A stretch of DNA of 64,000 nt from Callorhinchus milii (taxonomy: Eukaryota), in the NCBI RefSeq assembly GCF_018977255.1, contig NW_024704742.1, positions 30,630,001-30,694,000 on the forward strand. The letters are read 5' to 3'. A program made the translations under genes and the position numbers. The notes beneath the pieces are model-generated. The model ran no database searches. It saw only the letters and a program-made list of their open reading frames with translations, and was not told the DNA's origin. Below, one piece after another: positions 12,430 to 23,376 of this stretch (its first letter is position 1; the number at the start of each line of letters is the position of its first letter).

Positions 12430-13520
12430 ACTGCTTAGGAAGCTTGTAAAAAACTAGGATGCATGGGATTAATGGAAAGGTAGCAATGATATCTTAACTA
12501 CCAGAAAGGTAGGTAACGGATAGAACGTCGGTTAAAGGATAGGAAACATAGGCTGGAAGTACAATCTTGTTATTCACAATAGAGAGATGTAATTAGTGGT
12601 GTCGTACAGGGGTCAGTGTTAGGACCCTACTTTTCTCCATTTGTATAAATGATCTGGATTCTGGTATAAGGGGTATAATTTCTAAGGTTGCAGATCACAT
12701 GAAAATAGGGAGTGTAGCTAACAATAAAGAAGATTGTAAGAACTTCAGCTGGACAAACTATCAAACAGTTAATAGAATCTTATAGAATCTTCGTGGAGTC
12801 CTGTAGCTCAGTGGTTAGAGCACTCGCTTTGCAAGTGAGAGACCTGAGTTGAATTCCAGGCAGAGGGTGAAACCTTGGGCAAGTTTCCTTACTCCACACA
12901 GAGCCTAATAATAATCCCTCCAAAACAAAACAATAACAAATTGGTCATTTTCAATCTACGACTGTTTGTGGGACATTGCTGTGCGCAATTGGCTGCCGCG
13001 TTCGCCCACAAATATACAGTCAATTCACTTTACAGTGTGTTCTGTGAAGCGCTTTGGGACATCCTCCCGACGTGAAAAGCGCTATATCAAATGCAAGGAT
13101 TATTATTATTATTATTATAGATACGGATATAGAATCTAAAAGCAAAGAGATAATGCTAAACTTATATAAATCGTTAATCAGACAACAGTTGAGTCTAGTA
13201 TTGGTCACCCCACTTTAGGAAAGACATCAAGGTGATAGAGGGGGTGTAGTGGAGATTTACTCGGATATTACCGGGGTGAGTAGTTTGGCCTATGAGTGGA
13301 GACTGGAAAAACAGAGACTTCTTCCACTGGAACAAAGAAGATTGAGGGATGACCTGATAGAGGTCTTTAAAATTTTGAATTTTTATGTAGTCAAAAACAA
13401 ATATGCCCTTCAGGCTCTATAGTCAATAGGAGAAATTCTTTCCACTCATCAGTAAGTCAGTAATTAGAGAGCATCAATTTTAGATAGTTAGTAAATGAGT
13501 TAATGGGGAGGTTAGATTTG
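12430..13520 (+). mobile_element. CR1 LINE RT fragment split by a SINE
   Basis: agtggtgtcgtacaggggtcagtgttaggaccc (GVxQGSVLGP) and a decayed FADD motif; continues after 13118 with tggtcaccccactttaggaaagac. Confidence 0.85.
12793..13117 (+). mobile_element. Young full-length SINE (short form)
   Basis: tRNA-Ala(TGC)-like head, ccttgggcaagt CORE-like piece, Deu-type 3' body and (TTA)n tail; near-identical to 63354-63667. Confidence 0.95.
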
Positions 13521-14682
13521 TCATTTGAAATCTTTCATGGGGATGGACAGAGGAGCCTAGATACAAGGTTAATCAAATTCACTTGTATAGTATGAATTTG
13601 TGACTAGCATAGTGTGACATGCTTCAGTGGTTGTGATTAGAGCTGCACCGTCATGTTTGAAGAAAAGGTTCAGTGATTAATATGCTAACGCTCAATACCA
13701 CAAAGGGGATTTAACTTCTTTGCTAATAATCTCATGTTTTTGGATATTGCACTGACTTCTAAAATAAACGATCATCATAAGTTTCAACCCTTTGACCGAT
13801 GCTTTCTTGGACTTACAGCCTAGGCTACCACATTTTTGGCTTATCCATTTGCATTTGCTTTACTAATCTGAGAATTTCGCAAATAGTAAAAAAAAAGCTG
13901 TACTGACTTATCACGTCAAAACATCTCAAAGCTCTTTGAACAATGTCGCAGGATCTTGAACGGCCACCTGAAGACAGCCTGAAGGGCATATTTGTTTAAA
14001 GTTTTATTAGAAAGACAGCACCTCGAGTAACATAGCATTCCCCTCTCCCTCCCACCCATTCCGCACTAAAGTTTCAGCCTGGGCTATTACCTCAAATCAC
14101 TCCATAATAATAATAATCCTTGCATTTGATATAGCACCTTCTCAGAGATATCTCAAAGCGCTTCATATATTGTAAAGTGAATTGACTGTATATTTTGTGG
14201 ACGAAACTCCATGGTCTGGAACGCACAACTTCCTGAAGCAACCACCTGAACAGATGGTCCCCTGATTTAACATCTCATGCGAAGAATCGGACCACCAATA
14301 ATGCAGCCCCCCACTCCCAGCACTGTGTTGGAATGACAACCTAGACTGTGAGCTCAAAGTCCGTATATAGGACTCGAAACCACAACCTTTGGACTCCTAG
14401 GCAAGACCCCTGAGGCAGGCTGACACCCTATGATTTGAGAAATAGCACTGCAGCAAGGGAAGTTTCAGAATGCACAGACACTACAGCTGTGGGAACAATT
14501 TAGCAAATTCAGGTTTCAAAAAATCAAATAGGTGCATTTTGTTTTATAACTGATAAACATTCACATCAGGGAAAATCAGTAAAACAAAATAGCCTTAATG
14601 GTCCTTCAATATTAGGACCTCCCCCTATCTAAAGATCCTTCTCTTACACTCCCATTCCCAGCTGAAGATCAGAGAAACTCAC

Positions 14683-14688
14683 TGCGGG
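14683..14688 (-). CDS. Candidate 6-nt microexon CCCGCA
   Basis: CCCCTGCCCAG|CCCGCA|GTGAGT, with an 88-nt AG-free pyrimidine-rich tract, TACTGAT branch point, and UGC just before the acceptor. Confidence 0.5.
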
Positions 14689-17399
14689 CTGGGCAGGGGG
14701 AAGGTATGAAATTCAGAGCAAAACAGAACATTGCACAGAACAAACAGAACAATCAGTATTTAGGTGAAAGTATGCAACCTGCTACAACACACTGGGGAGC
14801 TTAATCAAAATAAAAAAATCACAGCAGCACAGTTTAGAAAGCCATCTCATCCGATTCAGTGTGTAACACATGAATAAGGCTGTTTCTTCCTGTGCAAAAT
14901 ATATTTCCTTTTGAACATAAGGTCAATAGGGGGGGAAGGGATTCTTCCCATTCACGTCAAGCTCACCCTGTGAACCATAAAAGAAAGCAGCGGGAGGCTT
15001 GTCAGACAATGGTCACATTGGCAAACCATGCGGCTGTGGCTTTTAAATTCCAGCAGAACCCCAACTCTACGGGACCCCGGAGAGCTCTTAATGATCTGCG
15101 CATAAAACTCTCCGGGAGCAGGGGGCAGCCCTTCGGAACGAGAGGAGCATAAGTAGATATAAGCAAGCATTAAACAGCATTGTAAACAAAGGGCATTTTC
15201 CATGCAGATGTGATTTGGATACCCTGAAGCACGGTGATAGGTTTGTGTAAGACACCTGGCTAAACCCCAAAAATGTAACCAAGAGGTTTCAATTAATTTT
15301 GAACTGTTATAGTGAAGACTTTGACATGATATTCATGCGACAGGACCACTAACGTAACCAAGATGCAAGGAAAATAAAGATATTCATTTTCTGCCATATA
15401 TTAAGATGTGGGTAGAGATAACTGGTATTTGCAATATATTTTAGCAATTTTAGGACAACTTTGTAGGACTACCGGCAGAGAGCGGAGGGGTGGGATTGAT
15501 TTGGGTAGCTCTTTTTAAAGCGCCAGCACAGACATGATGGGCTGAATGGCCTCCTTCTGTGCTGTATAATTCTATAATTCTATGATGTTACATGGAGTAG
15601 AAGATTTTGTCTTGATTTAAGGTGTACTCAGAATGAAACAGTACATTCTCAGCTTTAGTGCCAAACACTGTGTCAAGACAGATTATTTAAAGGACAAAAA
15701 AAAGCAGCGCAAAATAACATGCAGAGAACGAGTATTTGTATTTGTGAAAACAATTAATTTACCGTGTTGTAATTTAAATCTCAGCCACAGCGAAAGTCGA
15801 GAGAAATAATTTCTCACTGCGGTAAATTGATCTAACACTAAAAGCAGATTTCTGTTTCAATAAACAGCAATGACTGAAGAGACATCCTGGATAGTGTGCA
15901 GAAGGAATGAATTTATCAAATTGGCAGATTTTCTCTGAAAGCTGTTCATCATTTCTAAATATTAAAAAAAATACACCACCACATTCCTGTCTGCATTCAA
16001 TTAAATTGTGTCGGTGCCAACCATTGTAACGCTGACATTTCAAAGGAAGACTGCACAGCTTATCCTCTTTGGAAGTCCATAACCGAAGCAAGCAGAGGCT
16101 GGCTTTTGTTATTAATTTAAAAATCAGCAAAAAAATTGACACATACTATATAGTCCTACAGAATTCAATTCCTTAACAATTAAAATACAATGTTTCTTCT
16201 ACCTGGAAGTGGGAAGAACAAGACCGACCCTCGAAGTAAAAAAGTTTGGAGCTATGAGAAACGTAGAGAAGCTTTAATCTCAACAGCCCAGAGAGAAGGC
16301 AGCTGAAGTGAACCTCACTGAGATATATAAATATTACATGCTGCAGAGTAAACGAAAAATGTTGCTTCCGTCAATACTGGGAAAATAGGACATGAATTAC
16401 AAGTAGTGATGATCGGTTTTAAAACAAATGGTAAGGCTTTTTTACTCAGTGATCAGTACAGTCAGACACTATTAGACAGCACAGATCCATTTATATATCG
16501 CAAGATCAGTTCAGAAGAAGGCCCTTCAGCCCATCTGAACTCATTCCTCCAGAACACCCACCCTGACATTCTCCCATCACAACATAGAGATGCTTTTTAA
16601 ATGAGTCCTAGTGTCTTGGGCTCAACCACCCTTCCTGGCAACCTGCTCCTGTCAGCCCTCAGCTTGGGTGAACAGTGGACCCGCACTTTAATGGAACATG
16701 ACCTTGTTAGAACACGGCATCTCGTTTTATGACCCAAAACATCACATTATATTGAGGTTGGATTGCACTTGGAACAATCTGCCAGATGAGGCAGAGTAGC
16801 AATGCTCAAAATGGAGCTAGACCTTCAGGCTCTTCTCACCCTTGACTTCTATTGTGGTCTTGTGAGATGGACCGCTAAATAAATCAGGAAGTTCCTTTGA
16901 GCTCCTGCTCCCGGTGAGGTCGAAGAGATAAATTATAAGATGGTAGTTAAAGAGAGATAAAGAAGGAAATTTAGACGCAGCGAGTTCCAGAATTTAGGGG
17001 CATAATGACTGATGGTGGTGTGGAGGGGATAAGCCAAATGGGCATACAGTGGGCTGTGTTAGCTAACCAGAGAATGCACTGGGAACTAAAGTTCAAGGGA
17101 GTTACACACAAGGTGCTGCATACATTCAAGAATAGGAGAAACATGGATGGGATGGAAGCTGCAAGAGAGAAATCGAAAGAGACCTAGGGATATTCTTTGA
17201 ATCGTCACTCACTATGTCCAAATCGTGTGAAGCAGCAATAAACAAAGCATACAAGACAAAAACATAGGAACAGGGAAAGGCGATTCAGTCCTCTAAGTCT
17301 CTTCTTCTAGTTTATTAGATCGTAGTAGATCTTTCAATTCCTCATCTTTTCTTCTTACAAATCTGGGATTTATATTAGGTTAATTTTATGAGTTACAAA

Positions 17400-17945
17400 A
17401 ACAACAACAACAAAATGACATTTACAGAGCGGCTTTCACTTCGGGAGGACGTCCCAAAGTGCTGAACAGTCAGGTGTCGGGGCCCGAGCATGGGAGGGGG
17501 AGGGGTGGTGGAGGGGTGAGGGAAGGCAGAGAGGTGGGAGGAGGACCAAAGGCACAGTCGAAGAGAAAGGTCTTGAGACCGACGTTGAAGGAGGCAAGGG
17601 AGAAAGTGATGCGAAGGAACCGTGGGATGGAGTTCCAGAGTGTGGGGACAGAGAGGCTGAAAGCCCGGCCACCGATGGTAGGACGGGAGACATGGAGCAG
17701 GCCGCAGCCCGATGAACGGAGGGAGCGGGCAGGTTGGTAGGGAGTCAGCAGGCCAGAGAGGTAGGAGGGGGCATGGCCATGAGATGAGGACGAGGATCTT
17801 GAACTCGATCCTCTGGGGGATGGGGAGTCAATGGAGTCGGGTGAGGGTGGGAATGATGGGGTCACGGAGCCTGGAGCGTTGACTCTCTTGAGCGGAGAGT
17901 CAATGGAGCATGAGAGTACACAAGCTGCAGAGTTTTGGATGATCG
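17400..17945 (-). mobile_element. L2 LINE 3' fragment (family A)
   Basis: Reverse complement of the 10114-10874 type (GGRAFS..LKTFLF) with tail. Confidence 0.95.
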
Positions 17946-18074
17946 TTAATATGTATTTAGTTATTTAGTTAATATTTGTTTAAGCAATTACTATTTGTGG
18001 AAAAACATTCATACTGGAAAAACAATAGTAATCTTTGCATATGATGCAGTGTCTTATCACATCATCAAATGTTA

Positions 18075-19620
18075 TTTTTTTGGGGTCAGTCTGACACATG
18101 AGGAAACCCATCACCATGCATAAGAGTATCCAAACCAAGCAGAGATTTTCATGCATCCCACCTAGATATGGAAATCCCGGAGATAGATTGTTGGAATGGA
18201 ATGAGCACTCTCTCCCTGGAAGGACGATCCTGCTGACCTAATTCTGGAAAGTATTAGACACAGATTGGCAAGAACCAAGGCTTGGGAACCTCAAAGTGTG
18301 TGTCGGGGTACTGTTGGAGTCTAACCAGCTAAAACCTCATAGATTGCCATTAATATTGCTGTCCAGCAAGCTTTCTCTCTGCTTGTCCAGCTAGACCCAC
18401 CCTACCTGTTAGAGCTTTGGCTTGCAGGGTTAACAGGAGCTGAGTGGTATGATTCCCTGCCCCCAGTGTCTGGTGCATCCTTCCAGGTCCTGTTGATGAG
18501 CTAAGCTGGCTGTGCTGTCAACAGCAGTGCCCTGGAATACTGCAGACCCACCTGGCTCAGGAACCGGACTACCGAGAACGCCACAGAGGGCTGGCTCGAT
18601 TCTACCATTCCACTGCCAGTTCAGCTCCAAGAAGACCCTGCTTACCTCCCCACCAAGGAGTATAATCACTAGTTGGTCATCGACATCCGACAAGCATGGG
18701 TTGGAGCCCTCACTGGGGGGATGGTAGGTACAAGGAACTCCCTGCAAACTTCCCGGTGGGCAACGCACCTCAGCATGAAATTTACAGGACCTTTACAGGA
18801 CAACTTTGTGAAGTGCCAGCCACCTTGATGTTTTTGAGGTCCATGTCCAATGCAGCGTACCAGGTTTACTCAGCACCAGCTGCTTAATCCAGGTCGTCTT
18901 GCCAAGAGCCTTGTCAAATAGACGTGCCCGCTGCAAAGCCGATTCCTCCTTCAGGGTGCTTAGCAACAGGTCAGTGGAGACTGGAGCTCTCCCTCCCTGT
19001 AGCCGCTTTGCCACAAATCCACCTCACTGCTTGATCCTGGACTTTGCAGATGGGTTGGAGGAAGCCTCTCTGCTGCATCCCTAGGAACTTAGGTCCATAA
19101 AGGAGGACTATTTGCACACTGGTCTTGTTTGCCACAAGCTTGACCTGCGTTGGGACCTTGCTGTCCTTGAAGAGGGATGAGCATAACCAGAGTGCCCTTT
19201 GCCCCTTCTCAGCGCGATCCTTCAGGACAGTGTCCAGGGTGAAGTTGGTGTCCACCACGACCTCAAGGTACCGATAAGAGTCAACAATTGGGACTGATGC
19301 CCCTTGTATCTTCCAATCAATTCCCTCAAAGTTTTCCCTTGGGCCGTGAAGAACCATGATTCCGCACTTGGGGGCACCCACCATCATGTCCCACTGGTTG
19401 GCCCAGTGTTCAAGATGGCAGGTGCAGTGCAGAAGGTCCACAGGTGAGTCCACCAGCAGCACAATACCACCCTCAAACAGAAGTGCCGCAATCTTGTCAG
19501 AGGGGCCTGGAACACAAACACCAAGTCTTTCCCCTTCGATGCCATCCAACACGTCATTGATGAACACATCAAACAGGGTGGGTGACAATGGGCAGCCTTG
19601 CCTTACCCCCCTTTCCAGAA
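18075..19620 (-). mobile_element. 5'-truncated non-LTR retrotransposon of a non-CR1/L2 clade (RTE/RTEX-like), dead RT
   Basis: ORF 18971-19630 has RGVRQGCPLSPTLFDVFIND, catalytic FADD decayed to FEGG, KCGIM and YRYLE. The ~350-bp 3' region ends in an A-tail and recurs at 39183 and 62283. Confidence 0.85.
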
Positions 19621-19734
19621 GATATCTCAAAGCTCTTCATAGCATTCACTGAGAATTGCAATGACTGTATATTTGTAGATGAACGTGGCAACCAATTTGC
19701 GCACAGCAGTGTTCCTGAAAAAGAATATTCATTT

Positions 19735-20090
19735 TGTGTTCAAATCCATTCACTCCCTAGCACCTCCCTACCTCTCCGAACTCCTCACTCCTCAATCCAC
19801 CATCTGGCGCCTCCGCTCGACTGGCACCTGCCTCCTGCTCATCCCTCGCACCCTCCGCCCCACCATTGTTTGTCATGCTTTCAGCCACTACGCCCCAAAA
19901 CTCTGGAACACTCTCCTTCAATCCCTTCGCCTTGCCACCTCTCTCCCCTCTTTCAAGTCCTGCCTGAAAACGTTGCTTTGACCGTGCTTCTGGCCCCCTC
20001 CCACTGGCTCGGATTCAGGCTCCAACACTGTTAAGTGCTCTGAGACCCTACCCTGTGTGGAAGGCGCTATATAAGTGCAAGTTGTTGTTT
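19735..20090 (+). mobile_element. L2 LINE 3' fragment (family B)
   Basis: FKSIHSLAPPYL..AFSHYAPKLWN; tail gtgtggaaggcgctatataagtgcaagttgttg. Confidence 0.9.
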
Positions 20091-20167
20091 TTGGAGGCAC
20101 TCGCTAGTTCATGTTAAAGTCTATTCATTCTCTGATTTTAATTATCACCTTGAATGTGTTATGAAAT

Positions 20168-21019
20168 ACCAACAAGATTACATTTGTATAGCACCTTTCA
20201 CATTGGGAGGACGTCCCAAGGCACTGACATTGTACAGCATTTCAGACCCGAGCTGGGGTTGGGGGGATAAGGGAGGGGAGGGGAAGGGGGGTGGCTAATG
20301 GCATGGTCGAAGAGGAGGGTCTTTAGGCGGGACTTGAAGGAGGCTAAGGAGGGGGCGAGGTGGAGTGACTGGGGGATGGAATTCCAGAGATTGGGGGCAG
20401 AGTGGCTGAAAGCTCTCCCGCCAATGGTGGGGCGGGTGGGTCGGGGGACGTGAAGCAGGCCAGAGCCAGCTAAGCAGAGGAAAGGGAACCAACAACAACA
20501 ACAAATTTACATTTGTATAGTGCCTTTCACATTGGGAAGATGTCCCAAGGCGCTGGACAAACAAGAGTTCGGACCCGAGCTGAGGGTCGGGGAGGATGGA
20601 AATGCTTGATACAAACCAAATGGGGAGAGCACGTTCCTAGACTAATAGCCTATTTGTATTGTGTCACAAATTGGCATTTATTACAGATCAATCACAGGAA
20701 CCAAGCAAGTGTAAATACAACACAAAATTACATTTGTTAAGCGCCTTTCAAATTGGGAGGACTTCCCAAGGCACTGAATAGTCAGGGAATAGGACCCCAG
20801 CTGGGAGTGGGTGGGGGGTGTTGGGGTCAGGGAGTGTGGAGGGCAGAGAGAGTAGGAGGGTGGCTGAAGGTATGGTCGAAGAGGAGAGTCTTGAGGCCGG
20901 CCTTGATGAAGGCAAGGGAGTGAGTAAGGCGAAGGGAATGTGGGATGGAGTTCCAAAGGGTGGGTGCAGAGAGGCTGAAGGCCCAACCGCTGATGATGGG
21001 GCAGGCTGGCTGGGGGACA
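20168..21019 (-). mobile_element. Three short L2 family-A 3' fragments (~20168-20487, 20488-20600, 20715-21019)
   Basis: Each begins with caacaa..ttacatttg..cctttca..ttggga tail in reverse orientation. Confidence 0.85.
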
Positions 21020-21154
21020 CCTAAATACTGATTGTTCTGTTCAACATAAATATATTGTAGTGGGAAGTTACCCACTCCACTTGCCATCTCAGAGTACAAT
21101 CTTCTACCTCTTTCCCCATTGATATTTGTCTGGCGCTGCAAAGCAGGCATTGAC

Positions 21155-21410
21155 TCATCTTTAACTCATCATCCCCTGCCCTCTACTGCATTTTCTCCTT
21201 TGTCTTCCTTGTCCTGCCTCCCCCCTCTATGTTAGCCCTTAAAAGCCTCTCCCTCCCAACATGCCCACGTTCTGACGAAGGGTCGTGAACCTGAAACGTT
21301 GACTCACTTTCCTTTCTCCATAGATGCTGCCTGACCTGCTGAGTGTTCCCAGCGACTTCAGTTTTTGTTTTCAGAATTCCAGCATCTGCAGTATATTGTG
21401 TTTTGCAAAC
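21155..21410 (+). mobile_element. Penelope-like pLTR fragment
   Basis: Matches the 9985-11317 element; ends ccagcatctgcagtat. Confidence 0.9.
21269..21305 (+). ncRNA. Minimal hammerhead ribozyme motif in Penelope pLTR
   Basis: GTT-CTGACGA-AGGGTCGTGAACCT-GAAA-CGTT-GAC. Confidence 0.6.
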
Positions 21411-21429
21411 ATTATTATTTTATTTTTTT

Positions 21430-21715
21430 ACTGGGTCTGGCCTCCTCCTTGTCCCCCGAATCCTCCGCTCCAACTTTGGCGGCCGTGCCTTCAGCCACTA
21501 CGCCCGGAGGCTCTGGAACTCTTTTCCTCACTCTCTTCGCCTCGCCCCCTCTCTTCCCACTTTCTGGTCTCGACTGAAGACCTTTCTTTTCGACCGCGCC
21601 TTTGGTCACCTTCCTCCCCCTCCCCCTGGCTCGGCCCTGGGACCCGTTACTGTGAAGCGCTCTAAGACTCGTCCACCGTGGAGGGCGCTATATAAATCCA
21701 AGTTGTTGTTGTTAT
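21430..21715 (+). mobile_element. L2 LINE 3' fragment (family B)
   Basis: GGRAFSHYARRLWNS..LKTFLFDRAF with tail. Confidence 0.9.
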
Positions 21716-22389
21716 TATTATCATAACATTGAATGAACAGTGTCATTGCCTGCAAATCATGTCATTAAAGTTAGGAGTTTTGTTACACTGCGTGGTTATC
21801 TTCGGGCACTCTTTACGGACTCTTTACAGATATGAATTGTACTGTAATATTTTTCAATAGGCTACATGTTGATGCAATATCATGAGGCATCTTATAAATG
21901 TGCTTCAAAGCATCATGGTGACTAGTTCATAGCCCCGCAAGAAATTTTAATTCACCTACAGTCAATTGCATTCCCATGTCTACAAGGGGGAGAGCTCTAC
22001 TATAAACTGGCTGTCATATGAGGAACAGATAGTTCTGAAGGATTGCCTGTCTATGCATGGACAGTCATTGGGTGACATGTATCTGAAGAGAAGCACATGC
22101 CAGACATTCAACATTTACATTGATGAGATGGATAAAGTGGCCATGACTGTGAGCAACAACAATTCTCGAGACACATCTGAGTTTCGATGGCACACACGAT
22201 CGACCATGAAATCTCTGTAAAATTTAATTAGTCAAGAAACTTCTGTAAAAAATGTAATTCAACATTTCACATCATTTACCCTGGGAAGGCTAAGGGTTCT
22301 AAGGAAGTAAGTAGCATTTTCATAGGAGTATATTCATCGCAGTATAGACAGGGTAAAATTGACTATGGATTTTACTTCCAGTCACTATT

Positions 22390-23170
22390 CAACAACAGCA
22401 ACTTGCACTTACATAGCACCCTCCAAGCAGGATAGCATCTCAAAGCATTTAACAGTGGCAGATCCCAACTCCGAGCCTGGGGGAGGGGGAAGGGACCGTA
22501 AGCATGGTTGAAGAGAAAAGTTTTTTGGTGGGTCTTGAAAGAGAGGAGAGAGGGGCCAAGGCAGAGCGATTGAGGGAGAGTGTTCCAGAGTTTTGGGGTG
22601 TAGTGGCTGAAAGCGCGACCTCTGATGGTGGGGCAGAGGGTGTGAGGGACGAGCAGGAGGCCGGTACCAGTTGAGCGGAGGAGCCGAGTGGTGGATTGGG
22701 GAGTGAGGGGGTTGGGGAGGTAGGGAGGTACCAGGGAGTGAATGGATTTGAACACGAGTGTGAGGATCTTGAAGTCGATCCGGTCGGTAATGGGGAGCCA
22801 GTGGAGCCTGGCCAGAACTGGTGAGATGTGGGTACAGAATTTGGTCCGGGTCAGTATGCGGGTGGCAGAGTTTTGAATGAGCTGGATCTTGCGAATGGTG
22901 GAGCTGGGGAGACCAGCGAGGAGTGCGTTGGAATAATCCAAGCGGGAGGTGACAAAAAAGTGACAAAAAGGTGATCGAGGGTTTCGGCTGCATTTGGGGT
23001 AAGGTACTGTCGGAGGCGAGCAATGTGGCAGAGGTGGAAGAAGGCAGTCCTGGTCAGGAACTGGAATGTGGGGGAGGAAGGACAGCTGGGGGTCGAACTG
23101 GATGCCTAGGTTGCACACTGGTTTGGTAAGTCTGAGCGAGAGCCCAGGGAGGTTGAATAGTTCAGATCTG
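22390..23170 (-). mobile_element. L2 LINE 3' fragment (family B)
   Basis: NLGIQFDPQLSF..SRLDYSNALLAGLP..LHWLPI motifs and tail. Confidence 0.95.
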
Positions 23171-23239
23171 TATTCAGTAGTTCTTATGGAAAGAGCATGA
23201 GTGTTTGCGTGATCAGCTGTGGTGCCTATGGTTGAACAC

Positions 23240-23376
23240 TCCACTGTCACTTATTGTCCAATTTGATGCACAAGGTGGTCACTTGGAACTAAGTATCAAG
23301 AGTGCTGCAAGTGCTCTTGATACTTAATCCCAAGTGACCACCTCGTGCATCAAATTGGACAGTAAGTGACAGTGGA
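23240..23376. repeat. 137-bp palindrome (63-bp arms, 4 mismatches, 11-nt spacer)
   Basis: 23240-23302 is the reverse complement of 23314-23376 at 59/63 positions. Confidence 0.95.

Noticed and set aside
12793..12865. tRNA gene (Ala-like)
   Set aside because: It is the SINE head: it lacks a proper acceptor stem and runs into the SINE body; the same holds for all copies.
15763..15851. Minus-strand exon NLLLVLDQF...KLQH
   Set aside because: Splice sites are only moderate and no homolog was recognised; it cannot be separated from a non-coding conserved block.
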